Below the pieces are notes generated by a model that had not been told where the DNA came from, ran no database searches, and saw only the letters and a list, made by a program, of their open reading frames with translations. This document shows positions 1-12,530 of a stretch of DNA of 64,000 nucleotides, piece by piece. The stretch covers positions 558,001 through 622,000 of the forward strand of contig CATNEN010000026.1 of assembly GCA_950097015.1 (NCBI GenBank), written 5' to 3'. Position numbers and translations under genes: made by a program. How positions within the stretch are numbered: position 1 is the first letter of the stretch; each line of letters starts with the position of its first letter. This DNA is from Macrostomum hystrix (taxonomy: Eukaryota > Animalia > Platyhelminthes).

Positions 1-184
1 TAATTCTCTTCGACTCTTGGATTTTTAAAAACAAGATTAGCATTTCACACGTGTACTGTCAAGCTGTTATGCCAAGGCTTGTTGCTTGTAGCACAAAACT
101 ATTAAAACAATTTGGCCATGAACTTTTGGCTAGGCTAACTTTGAAACTGCGGTGACAAATACGAGTATAATGATCGATTTATAA

Positions 185-975
185 ACCTGTGAACAAGAGT
201 GTAATGACTCATTCAAGACCAATCTATGAACCCGTGAACAAGAGTGTAATGACTCATTCAAGACCAATCTATGAACCCGTGAACAAGAGTGTAATGACTC
301 ATTCAAGACCAATCTATGAACCCGTGAACAAGAGTGTAATGACTCATTCAAGACCAATCTATGAACCCGTGAACAAGAGTGTAATGACTCATTCAAGACC
401 AATCTATGAACCCGTGAACAAGAGTGTAATGACTCATTCAAGACCAATCTATGAACCCGTGAACAAGAGTGTAATGACTCATTTAAGACCAATCTATGAA
501 CCCGTGAACAAGAGTGTAATGACTCATTCAAGACCAATCTATGAACCCGTGAACAAGAGTGTAATGACTCATTCAAGACCAATCTATGAACCCGTGAACA
601 AGAGTGTAATGACTCATTCAAGACCAATCTATGAACCCGTGAACAAGAGTGTAATGACTCATTCAAGACCAATCTATGAACCCGTGAACAAGAGTGTAAT
701 GACTTATTCAAGACCAATCTATGAACCCGTGAACAAGAGTGTAATGACTCATTCAAGACCAATCTATGAACCCGTGAACAAGAGTGTAATGACTCATTCA
801 AGACCAATCTATGAACCCGTGAACAAGAGTGTAATGACTCATTCAAGACCAATCTATGAACCTGTGAACAAGGGTGTAATGACTCATTAATGACTAATCT
901 ATGAATTTGTGGAGAAGGGTGTAATGACTCCTTAATGACTAATCTATGAATTTGTGGAGAAGGGTGTAATGACTC
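185..975. repeat. 45-bp tandem repeat (GTGAACAAGAGTGTAATGACTCATTCAAGACCAATCTATGAACCC), ~16 near-perfect plus ~2 degenerate copies
   Basis: Direct periodicity; 15-aa period in ORFs 130..987 and 189..890. Confidence 0.95.
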
Positions 976-2248
976 ATTCATGACCAATCTATGAACCCAT
1001 TAACAATGGTTCCCTGGTATGATATGGAAATGACTCATTTATGACCAATCTATGAACCTGTTAGCAAGGGTATAATGACTCATTCATTACTAATCTATGA
1101 ACCCATTAACAATGGTTCCCTGGTATGATATTGAAATGACTCATTTATGACCAATCTATGAACCTGTTAGCAAGGGTATAATGACTCATTCATTACTAAT
1201 CTATGAACCCATTAACAATGGTTCCCTGGTATGATATGGAAATGACTCATTTATGACCAATCTATGAACCTGTTAGCAAGGGTATAATGACTCATTCATG
1301 ACTAATCTTTGAACCTATTAACAATGGTTCCCTGGTATGATATGGAAATGACTCATTTATGACCAATCTATGAACCTGTTAGCAAGGGTATAATGACTCA
1401 TTCATTACTAATCTTTGAACCTATTAACAATGGTTCCCTGGTATGATATGGAAATGACTCATTTATGACCAATCTATGAACCTGTTAGCAAGGGTATAAT
1501 GACTCATTCATTACTAATCTATGAACCCATTAACAATGGTTCCCTGGTATGATATGGAAATGACTCATTTATGACCAATCTATGAACCTGTTAGCAAGGG
1601 TATAATGACTCATTCATTACTAATCTTTGAACCTATTAACAATGGTTCCCTGGTATGATATGGAAATGACTCATTTATGACCAATCTATGAACCTGTTAG
1701 CAAGGGTATAATGACTCATTCATTACTAATCTATGAACCTATTAACAATGGTTCCCTGGTATGATATGGAAATGACTCATTTATGACCAATCTATGAACC
1801 TGTTAGCAAGGGTATAATGACTCATTCATTACTAATCTTTGAACCTATTAACAATGGTTCCCTGGTATGATATGGAAATGACTCATTTATGACCAATCTA
1901 TGAACCTGTTAGCAAGGGTATAATGACTCATTCATTACTAATCTATGAACCTATTAACAATGGTTCCCTGGTATGATATGGAAATGACTCATTTATGACC
2001 AATCTATGAACCTGTTAGCAAGGGTATAATGACTCATTCATTACTAATCTATGAACCCATTAACAATGGTTCCCTGGTATGATATGGAAATGACTCATTT
2101 ATGACCAATCTATGAACCTGTTAGCAAGGGTATAATGACTCATTCATTACTAATCTTTGAACCTATTAACAATGGTTCCCTGGTATGATATGGAAATGAC
2201 TCATTTATGACCAATCTATGAACCTGTTAGCAAGGGTATAATGACTCA
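975..2248. repeat. 106-bp satellite (61+45 bp dimer of the 45-bp unit), left arm
   Basis: Unit start TATAATGACT at 1071 and 1177 (period 106). Both halves contain TGACTCATT...AATCTATGAACC. Confidence 0.95.
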
Positions 2249-2819
2249 TCTAATATACTAAAAATGAAATGCTTGGTTGGTTGCTTGTAATTGATTTTCT
2301 CCCGAACGGCTCAACCGATTTTCACCATTTCTTCACCAAAAGATGCTAAATATGGGCAGAATTTTACACGTATTTTTAATAAGCTTAACTTCATTGTTAA
2401 GGGGATTAAATATTCGAAAAACTGTTTTAGATAGGATTTTTAATGCATTTCATCAGAGCCAGTTTTGTCAACGTGCATTCCACTGCCAATTTTAATGATT
2501 GCATCAGGGCCAGTTTTGTTAATAGTGAGTATACTGATAAGAATTTCACTGTGTCAAATGTACATAGCTATGTCAACCCCACTGACGAGACAGTCAGTAC
2601 GAATTTATAAATAGATTACATCACAGCTTTTCTCACCCGTGTGTGTGTGTGTTTGATTTTAATAGGTAAAATGTGCATAGCAGATTTCAATTCAATGATA
2701 TATTGCTCAATACAATTCCCCCCAGCGAGTTTAGTAGATACAGCGAGACATCTACTCCTTTCTTACCACAATAAAAATAAATCATCAAACCTTGTCTTGA
2801 TTTCAATCGAGAAAAGTGT

Positions 2820-3430
2820 CCAACAGTTGTTTAAATGTCCAACCGTTTTTTAATGTGTCCAACAGTTTTTTAATGTGTTTAACAGTTTTCTAAATGTGTT
2901 TAACAGTTTTCTAAAAGTGTTTAACCGTTTTCTAAATGTGTTTACCAGTATTCTAAATGTGTTTACCAGTATTCTAAATGTGTTTACCATACCAGTATTC
3001 TAAATGTGTTACCAGTATTCTAAATGTGTTTAACAGTTTTCTAAATGTCTTTAACCGTTTTCTTAATGTGTTTACCAGTATTCTAAATGTGTTTACCAGT
3101 ATTCTAAGTGTGTTTAACAGTTTTCTACATGTCTTTAACAGTTTTCTAAATGTCTTTACCAGTATTCTAAATGTGTTTACCAGTATTCTAAATATGTTTG
3201 ACAGTATTCTAAATGTGTTTACCAGTATTCTAAATGTGTTTACCAGTATTCTAAATGTGTTTAACCGTTTTCTAAATGTGTTTATCAGTTCTCTAAATGT
3301 GTGTACCAGTATTCTAAATGTGTTGAATAGTTTTCTAAAAGTGTTTATCAGTTGTTCAATTGTGCTTACCAGTTTTTTTAATGTTTTTACAGTTTTCTTA
3401 ACGTGTTTATCAGTTTTCTAAATGTGTTTA
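2820..3430. repeat. 21-bp tandem repeat (TGTGTTTACCAGTATTCTAAA) inside the Helitron
   Basis: Direct periodicity, degenerate at the edges. Confidence 0.9.
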
Positions 3431-3534
3431 GCATTTTTCAAATGTTTCCAAAATGTTTCTAAAAATTTCCAATAATTACCAACTTTGTTAATGCGTTTTA
3501 AAGTTTTTAAATATGTTGAACGGTTAATAATGGT

Positions 3535-4880
3535 TATTTGCTGCTGGGGGGAATTAGTTCTTTGATGCTAGGGGGGAATTAGTTCTCTGCTGCTGGTGGG
3601 AAATTGGTTCTTTGCTGCTGGGGGGGAATTGGTTCTTTGCTGCTGGGGGGAATTGGTTCTTTGCTGCTGGGGGTAATTAGTTCTCTGCTGCTGGGGGGAA
3701 TTAGTTCTCTGCTGCTGGTTGGGGAATTAGTTCTCTGCTGCTGGGGGGGGGAATTAGTTCTCTGCTGCTGGGGGGAAATTAGTTCTCTGCTGCTGGGGGG
3801 AATTAGTTCTCTGCTGCTGGGGGGGGGAATTAGTTCTCTGCTGCTGGGGGTAAATTAGTTCTCTGCTGCTGGGGGGAATTGGTTCTTTGCTGCTGGTTGG
3901 GGAATTGGTTCTTTGCTGCTGGGGGGGGAATTAGTTCTTTGCTGCTGGGGGGAATTAGTTCTCTGCTGCTGGGGGGAAATTAGTTATTTGCTGCTGGGGG
4001 GAATTAGTTCTTTGCTGCTGGGGGGGGAATTAGTTCTCTGCTGCTGGGGGGGGAATTAGTTCTCTGCTGCTGGGGGGGGGAATTAGTTCTTTGCTGCTGG
4101 GGGGGGGAATTAGTTCTCTGCTGCTCGGGGGGGAATTAGTTCTCTGCTGCTGGGGGGCAATTAGTTCTCTGCTGCTGGTTGGGGAATTAGTTCTCTGCTG
4201 CTGGGGGGGGAATTAGTTCTCTGCTGCTGGGGGGGGAATTAGTTCTCTGCTGCTGGGGGGAATTAGTTCTCTGCTGCTGGGGGGGGAATTAGTTCTCTGC
4301 TGCTGGGGGTAAATTAGTTCTCTGCTGCTGGGGGGAATTGGTTCTTTGCTGCTGGTTGGGGAATTGGTTCTTTGCTGCTGGGGGGGGGAATTAGTTCTTT
4401 GCTGCTGGGGGGAATTAGTTCTCTGCTGCTGGGGGGAAATTAGTTATTTGCTGCTGGGGGGAATTAGTTCTCTGCTGCTGGGGGGGGAATTAGTTCTCTG
4501 CTGCTGGGGGGGGGAATTAGTTCTTTGCTGCTGGGGGGGGAATTAGTTCTCTGCTGCTCGGGGGGGAATTAGTTCTCTGCTGCTGGGGGGCAATTAGTTC
4601 TCTGCTGCTGGTTGGGGAATTAGTTCTCTGCTGCTGGGGGGGGGAATTAGTTCTCTGCTGCTGGGGGGGAATTAGTTCTTTGCTGCTGGGGGGAATTAGT
4701 TCTTTGCTGCTGGGGGGGAATTAGTTCTCTGCTGCTGGGGGGGAATTAGTTCTTTGCTGCTGGGGGGGGATTAGTTCTCTGCTGCTGGGGGGGGAATTAG
4801 TTCTCTGCTGCTGGAGGGAAATTAGTTTTTTGCTACTGAGGGGACATTAGTTCTCTGCTGCTTGGGGGACATTGGTTTTT
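3535..4880. repeat. ~24-bp G-tract minisatellite (CTGCTGCTG-Gn-AATTAGTTCT) inside the Helitron
   Basis: Direct periodicity; G-run length varies between units. Confidence 0.92.
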
Positions 4881-5215
4881 TACTGCTGAGGGGATAGTTT
4901 TCACATGTACCTCAGTAGCATTAAGCTGAGTTGTATCAAACGTAAGCTACTTGTGTAATTTTGCCCCAATGGGGCTCTTGGTGTACAGACCGGATGTCTC
5001 AGAATGTATTCAAGCTCAGACTGACTGTTTTTGTATTTAGTGAGAATTCAAATTCTCTTTGATTCGCAATCACGTATATTCGCAATCAGGGAAATTATTA
5101 CTGACGAAATAGGTTTTCGTTTTTGTTTGCTTTCAGGTGTGTTTTGTCCTTCTGCATTGCACAAGATTTTTTGTCTGACCAGTAGTGCTCCCCGAAGGGG
5201 GGCAAAACTTGCTAG

Positions 5216-6445
5216 TTCATTACTAATCTTTGAACCTTTTAACAATGGTTCCCTGGTATGATATGGAAATGACTCATTTATGACCAATCTATGAACCTGT
5301 TAGCAAGGGTATAATGACTCATTCATTACTAATCTATGAACCTATTAACAATGGTTCCCTGGTATGATATGGAAATGACTCATTTATGACCAATCTATGA
5401 ACCTGTTAGCAAGGGTATAATGACTCATTCATTACTAATCTATGAACCTATTAACAATGGTTCCCTGGTATGATATGGAAATGACTCATTTATGACCAAT
5501 CTATGAACCTGTTAGCAAGGGTATAATGACTCATTCATTACTAATCTATGAACCCATTAACAATGGTTCCCTGGTATGATATGGAAATGACTCATTTATG
5601 ACCAATCTATGAACCTGTTAGCAAGGGTATAATGACTCATTCATTACTAATCTTTGAACCTATTAACAATGGTTCCCTGGTATGATATGGAAATGACTCA
5701 TTTATGACCAATCTATGAACCTGTTAGCAAGGGTATAATGACTCATTCATTACTAATCTATGAACCTATTAACAATGGTTCCTTGGTATGATATGGAAAT
5801 GACTCATTTATGACCAATCTATGAACCTGTTAGCAAGGGTATAATGACTCATTCATTACTAATCTATGAACCCATTAACAATGGTTCCCTGGTATGATAT
5901 GGAAATGACTCATTTATGACCAATCTATGAACCTGTTAGCAAGGGTATAATGACTCATTCATTACTAATCTTTGAACCTATTAACAATGGTTCCCTGGTA
6001 TGATATGGAAATGACTCATTTATGACCAATCTATGAACCTGTTAGCAAGGGTATAATGACTCATTCATTACTAATCTATGAACCTATTAACAATGGTTCC
6101 CTGGTATGATATGGAAATGACTCATTTATGACCAATCTATGAACCTGTTAGCAAGGGTATAATGACTCATTCATTACTAATCTTTGAACCTATTAACAAT
6201 GGTTCCCTGGTATGATATGGAAATGACTCATTTATGACCAATCTATGAACCTGTTAGCAAGGGTATAATGACTCATTCATTACTAATCTTTGAACCTATT
6301 AACAATGGTTCCCTGGTATGATATGGAAATGACTCATTTATGACCAATCTATGAACCTGTTAGCAAGGGTATAATGACTCATTCATTACTAATCTATGAA
6401 CCTATTAACAATGGTTCCCTGGTATGATATGGAAATGACTCATGT
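5216..6445. repeat. 106-bp satellite, right arm
   Basis: Same unit as 975-2248, resuming in register right after the Helitron 3' end. Confidence 0.95.
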
Positions 6446-7376
6446 ATGAACTCATTCATCTTTTTGTACATGAACACTACAAGAGTGTATGAACAATCTA
6501 TGTAATAGACTATTAAACCTGTTGACATATACGTAATAAGCCAGATTAAGGGATTAATACGCACTTAAAGATCAAAATTCAAGAAGCAAATTCTAAGAAT
6601 ATGTTATATTTCTGAAATGCATTCTCTCTGTGTCACGGACTAAAGTTGCGCTATCCAGTCCTAGTTGAATTGGGTTGCCATTAAGTTCATTGATTTCTAG
6701 CTGTGAAAAGTTTTTTTCATTTTGCGCCAACGAGAGTGAATTTGAGGCCAAAATGGTGTAGGGGAGGGCGCACATTTTGGAAAGCTTAAATGGAACAGGC
6801 AGAAATAAGAGTGCGTGCTAGCATTTTAATGCCTCTACAAGTATTATATGCATACATGCACTCACACTCACACAGACACACACGCATGCATACATATATG
6901 AATTGCTGTTTAGTAAAATTAACTTGCCTTTCAATAGGCCGCGTTCTCTTCTTTTAGGACAAAATGGGAAACTTGCGATAATGTTAAAAGTTATAAGGCT
7001 TTTATTATCCGGAAAGTAAAATCGAAATAATTATGCACATTCAAGAATTTCTAATAATTCCCTAGAGAACAGGTTTGGGCGAAGAACGTAGATTAATAAT
7101 ATAGCATTCCAGTATCTATGTGTACAAGTATTAATCTATTAGTCATGCAACAGTGGGCCAACTTTTTGTGGTAGAATTACTTTCATTTTCACCCTCTGGA
7201 TTCTCTCTGTCTGTCTCTTTGCTCCCACACTGCCACCTCAAACTACCCCAACAATAGCCGCAGCCGTCACCCCCGAGTGTGAGTCATTTGCAACTTTTCC
7301 AAGTTAGTTACTAAGCCCGTCTGTGCCATTGTATGTAGTTAGCGTTTAACGAATTATTGATAACATTTCATTGCAG

Positions 7377-10300
7377 CTTTTTCGCGAAGTGAAGATCATG
7401 AAAATGTTGGATCATCCAAATATAGGTGAGGCGCGTTTTTTACTTTAATTCCCATATTTATGAATTGTGTTTTAAAAAAAATTATTTAACGATTTTGTGT
7501 TTTCAGTCCGTCTATACGAGGTGATTACAACCGAGAAGACTCTCTATCTAGTCATGGAGTACGCTAGCGGAGGTGAGGAATTAACTCTTTGATAAAGATA
7601 ATTTGATAAAGAAATTTTTTTCACGTTTGATTCTACCAATCGGGTAATTTAGGTTATTGGAAAAATATAACGATTTATCGATTTAGCAAATCAGAAGTGT
7701 TAAATTTGGCGAAAACAATTAATTGAAAATGCTAATTGGCACATTAAATTAGGCGATATTTAAATGAAACGAATTATGTATTTAGGCGAAATCAAAATGT
7801 AAGATTAAAAAATATCTTAAAAGTTAAAGGAATTAACGAATCTGATATTCAATAATCCTCCCAACCCACCCGCAGGCGAAGTGTTTGACTACCTGGTGGC
7901 GCACGGCCGCATGAAGGAGAAGGAAGCCCGCGTGAAATTTCGCCAGATCGTGAGCGCTGTGCAGTACTGCCACCAGAAGAGAATAGTGCATCGCGATCTC
8001 AAAGCTGAGAACCTGCTGCTAGACTCCGATATGAATATTAAAATAGCGGACTTTGGCTTTAGCAACGAGTACAATCCGGGCCAACGGCTCGACACCTTCT
8101 GCGGCTCGCCGCCCTACGCCGCGCCCGAATTATTTCAGGGCAAAAAGTACGAAGGCCCCGAGGTGGACGTGTGGAGTCTTGGCGTCATTCTCTACACTCT
8201 GGTTAGCGGCTCGCTGCCGTTCGACGGCCAGAATCTCAAGGAGCTGCGGGAGCGGGTGCTGCGCGGCAAATACCGGATACCATTCTACATGAGCACAGAC
8301 TGCGAGTCGCTGCTCAAACGCATGCTGGTGCTCAATCCGTCCAAGCGGCACACCCTAGAAGGCGTCATGAACGATCGTTGGATGAATGTGGGCTTCGAGG
8401 AGTCGCCGCTGATACCCTACAATGAGCCGGAGCCGGACTACAACAACCAGCTGGTCACGGAGACCATGCTGTCTATGGGCTTCACTAGGGAGCAGATTCG
8501 AGAGTCTCTGCTCAATCAACGATTCGACAATGTCACCGCCACCTACCTGCTGCTCAGCCGGCGGCATCAGCAGCCATTCGGCGAAGGCGGCGACGCGTCC
8601 AGGTCGGCCAGTTCTCACAGTCTGCGCGGCCAGCATCATCCACATCAGGCGTCGCTGGCTGCGGCACCTGCGCATAGCGGCGCAGTCGGCGTTGGCGCCG
8701 GCGGCGGAGTCGGCAGCAGCGGCGTCGGCCGATCCGTGTCGGCTAGTCAAGCGCCGCCGTCAGTTATCGCTGGAGCTCCCGGCAGTCGGCGGAGCACAGC
8801 GGAGCCATCGTCAGGTGGCGGCGGCTTCTCTGCGCCTCGTCCGAATCACGCCCAGTCGGCGAGGGGCCCGCCGCCTCCGCCGATGCCGCCGATGCCCCAT
8901 CAGCAGCAGCCGCAGCGACCGGTGCCCGCCGCCCGCAGCCTGACATCGGCGGGCTCACGCAACGGCCCGCCTCATCACTCAGCTGCTGGTGCCTATCAGC
9001 ATCAGCAGCAGCAGCCGCCGGATCAATCTTATCAGCAGCCGATGTCGTCAACATCCGCGTCAGCGTCGATGACTCCCGGTCAGCCTAGCGGCGTCGGTGT
9101 GCGCCGAACGCAGACTCAATCTGGCGGATCGCAGCCGCCCTCAGATCGACGCGGTCAGCAGCCAAGGCCCAGAATGCCACCTCCGCCGCCGATTTCAGCT
9201 GTCTACGAGCATAATTATAGCCAGCAACAGCAGCAGCAGCCACAGGCGTGAGTGTTTGTTATGAATCGATTCCTACTACTTATAGTAGACACACCTTGTT
9301 ATATTTATTTCCAATATAATAAACCTCCCTTAATCGTGCTAAAAAAACTTGAAAATGAAACAGATTTGGCGGGCCGACTCGGGACACCTGGGTGCAGCAG
9401 TCGATGCGGGAGACGCGTTCCAAGCCGCTCTATCCTGCAGCTGGACCGCCCGCTACCGGCATATTTCCCAATTCGCCAAGCGGAGGCGGCGTTGCCGGCG
9501 GCGAATTCGCGCGCAACACAAACGCCAGGCGAACAGTGCAGGGCACCGGCAACAAGGAGCGAGCCCAGCTGGAGACTCACGTGCAGCAGCAGGCTCAGCC
9601 CGTGCCGCCGGATGGCGCCAGAGGAGGCGGCAACAATCTGTCCGTGCTTGGCAGGTTCTTGAGCAAGAAGCTCAGCTTTAACTTTGGTCGGCACGGCAAT
9701 AGCGGGTGAGTGTCTGACGGTGATAGATTTGACAGGTTGGGAATTTCCGGTCTGTGTCAGGTTAGACATATTGAGTCAATGACAGGCTAGACAGATTCAA
9801 TATTAGATTTGACAGGTTCTGTCAGTGAATGATTATGTCAGTTACAGGCTTGACAGATTTGACAAGTTTTGTCAGTTACAGATTTGACAGATTGGGTCAG
9901 ATACAGGTTTGACAGATTTGGTCAGATACAGGTTTGAAAGATTGGGTCAGATACAGGTTTGACAGATTGGGTCAGATACAGATTTGACAGATTGGGTCAG
10001 ATACAGGTTTGACAGATTAGGTCAGATACAGGTTTGACAGACTGGGTCAAGTAACGATTTGATAGATTGGGTCGGCGACGAATTTGACCTATCATATCAG
10101 TGACAGTTTTACGAGTAAACTTGGATAGTGAAATTTTAGACAGGTTAATTAGTGATGTCAGTGACAGGTGGGACAGATTAGTCAGTGACAGGTGGGACAG
10201 ATTAGTCAGTGACAGGTGGGACAGATAAGTCAGTGACAGGTGGGACAGATTAGTCAGTGACAGGTGGGACAGATAAGTCAGTGACAGGTGGGACAGATAA

Positions 10301-11002
10301 GTCAGTGACAGGTGGGACAGATAAGTCAGTGACAGGTGGGACAGATTAGTCAGTGACAGAAAAGGGTTCAAAAGAATAGGGTTTTAGAACAGGGCCTAGC
10401 CGTAGTTGCCATAGCAACCAATGTCTAGCGATGTCGAGCCGACTCCTAGAAGCATCTCTCCCAACCCCGCCAGCCGCAGCTTCCGTCGCTCGTCAGGCGG
10501 CGCTTCTGGCAGCCAGGCGTCGACGTCTTCGGGTGGAGCCGGCGCCGGTCCTTCAGGCTCGGGCGTCGGGGCGACGTCTGGTGGCGCCGCTGCCATTACG
10601 CCAGACTCCAGCAGCAATTTCGCCAGCATCGGCGGAGCCGATGATTCCAGTGTTGTTGGCGCCTCCGGCGGCGGCGGTGGTGGCAGCAGCGGTGCCTCGA
10701 AGCCGCGCTCGCTTCGCTTCACCTGGTCGATGAAGACCACCTCGGCTATGGAGCCAGGCGCCATCATGCAGGAGATTCTGCGAGTTCTAGCCAAGCACCA
10801 GTGCGAGTTCGAGCGCCAGGAGACCTTCCTGTTGTCGTGCGCATTCGGCGATCCGCAGACTGGGTCTAGCGTCCAGTTCGAAATTGAGGTGTGCAAACTG
10901 CCGCGCCTCTCACTCAACGGTGTCAGGTTTAAGCGCATCAGCGGCACCTCAATCGGCTTCAAGAACATCGCCAGCCGCATTGCCAACGATCTGCGGCTCT
11001 GA
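7377..11002 (+). CDS. MARK: MARK/PAR-1 serine/threonine kinase, 5'-incomplete (kinase, UBA, low-complexity spacer, KA1 domain)
   Basis: Exons 7377-7425, 7507-7572, 7876-9247, 9364-9705 and 10429-11002 are phase-consistent (the last acceptor was chosen by phase). Motifs [40 protein letters not shown], a UBA domain, and KA1 [14 protein letters not shown]...[14 protein letters not shown]. Upstream kinase exons were not found in the window. Confidence 0.95.
9860..10360. repeat. Two adjacent minisatellites (25-bp ATACAGGTTTGACAGATTGGGTCAG; 24-bp GTCAGTGACAGGTGGGACAGATTA) in the last MARK intron
   Basis: Direct periodicity. Confidence 0.9.
10405..10418. promoter_or_regulatory. RFX X-box-like motif GTTGCCATAGCAAC
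   Basis: Matches the X-box consensus; intronic, 10 nt upstream of the inferred last-exon acceptor. Function not shown. Confidence 0.3.
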
Positions 11003-11324
11003 CAGTCGGCATTCTAGAGATCTGCTTTTTTAAAGCCATCATTGTGTGCGCTGCCTTATTGTGTACTGTTTGCTTTTTATTTAATACATGCTTGATCGTA
11101 CAATATTGAGTAGTGTATAGTTGAGGATGTAACTTCCTGATAGATTTTGGCTACTTGACTCCACTATGCGTGTACTTGTCAGTTTTAGTTGTTAAATCAC
11201 TTCATAACAATACTTTTTGCGTTCCTCTTAATTCTCCGTTTTATATTATCGTGAAATTATAGTGTTCTCTACCATTTCCTGGGCTTACTCATCCTCTGAG
11301 CTCATCTGCTCAATGATGACTCGT

Positions 11325-11575
11325 CTTGCCTCTCCCTCGCCTTTCCTCCACGCCTTTCACCCTCGACTCTCCCTCGCCTTTCTCCCTCGCCTTTCTCCCT
11401 CGACCCTCCCTCGCCTTTCCTCCTCGCCTTTCTCCCTCGCCCTTCTCCCTCGCCTTTCTCCCTCGCCTTTCTCCCTCGACCCTCCCTCGTCTTTCCTCCT
11501 CGCCTTTCTCCCTCGCCCTTCTCGCTCGCCTTTTCTCCTCGCCTTTCTCTCGTCTCTCCCGCCTCCTCCTCACCT
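11325..11575. repeat. CT-rich low-complexity repeat (CTCCCTCGCCTTT-like) downstream of MARK
   Basis: Direct inspection. Confidence 0.85.
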
Positions 11576-12294
11576 CACCCTGTCAGTTAAATTACAATGT
11601 TCATAAGGCCTGCTTCACTGCTGCATCAGTCTATACAGGCACTCAGTTCCTAATGATTGTATTAGATAAAAATCTACACACCTTACCGCCTAGCGCGATA
11701 TAAATCAATCCCAATCCTTGTCAGGTGTGATCGTGTGTTTGCGTGCGTTTGTACATATTTTTAACATTGTGCTTCTTTTGCTATAGCTGATTGTCACTAA
11801 ATAAAAGGAGTCTGTGCCGAGCCTCGCATTAATCCAAATTCGATATTTCATCCCTTTAATCCCAACAGGACTCCATAAACGATTGCACCTGTTCTTATAA
11901 TCGCACTGCTTATTTTATCAGCTTATATGCCAGCTTGGTCTGTTCTTAACTGTTTTCATTTGCCCTGAATGTTCATATAGTAACAATAAATTGCATACAT
12001 ATTATACATATACATATATATACTTTCAGTTTTACTATCTATGGCTGTGCCTTCATTGCGCCCTCTCACACTCTCTCTCACTCTCTCTCACTCACTCTCT
12101 CTCTCACTCACTCTCTCTCTTTGAGCGTAGCTTTCTAGACCTCATTTTGTATTGCATTTCACTTAGGAAAATATATATCTCAATATCCCGAATGATGTCG
12201 AATGGGATTTGAAAACTCGAAATCTACCTTAATCAGAGCCGCACTTGCAAGTTTTTAAAGTTCGATTCCTGAAGTCCTACATCCCATGAACCCT

Positions 12295-12530
12295 AGCTCT
12301 AAAATCCCACATCCCTAAAATCCCGAACCTTAAATCCCACATCCCTAAAATCCCGAACCTGAAATCCCACATCCCTAAAATCCCGAACCTGAAATCCCAC
12401 ATCCCTAATATCCTGAGCGTTAAATCCCACATCCCTAATATCCTGGGCCTTAAATCCCACATCCCTAATATCCTGGGCCTTAAATCCCACATCCCTAATA
12501 TCCTGGGCCTTAAATCCCACATCCCTAGAA
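12295..12530. repeat. 30-bp tandem repeat (TAAATCCCACATCCCTAATATCCTGGGCCT)
   Basis: Direct periodicity; 10-aa period in ORFs. Confidence 0.9.

Larger units (their letters stand above)
2249..5215 (+). mobile_element. Non-autonomous Helitron (~2.97 kb)
   Basis: 5' end TCTAATATACTAAA at 2249; 3' end CTAG at 5212-5215; hairpin TGCTCCCC-GAA-GGGGGGCA at 5186-5204. Inserted between A and T with no TSD: the flanks rejoin to an intact satellite unit ATGACTCA|TTCATTACT. No Rep/helicase ORF. Confidence 0.9.

Noticed and set aside
130-987. Long ORFs over the 45-bp array (similar cases at 13997-15176, 41395-42999, 47406-48916, 49855-51519, 51830-52666, 54784-55500, 56199-57786)
   Set aside because: Open only because the repeat units lack stops in some frames; no splice or homology support, and most lie inside introns of resolved genes.
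975-6445. CRISPR-like appearance of regularly spaced repeats (also the palindromic 23-bp array at 26300-26640)
   Set aside because: No unique spacers, no cas genes, eukaryotic context.
7258-7284. Possible micro-exon or alternative first exon of MARK (GTGAGT at 7279)
   Set aside because: Would encode PQPSPPS with no resemblance to the expected kinase subdomain II-III sequence; unsupported.
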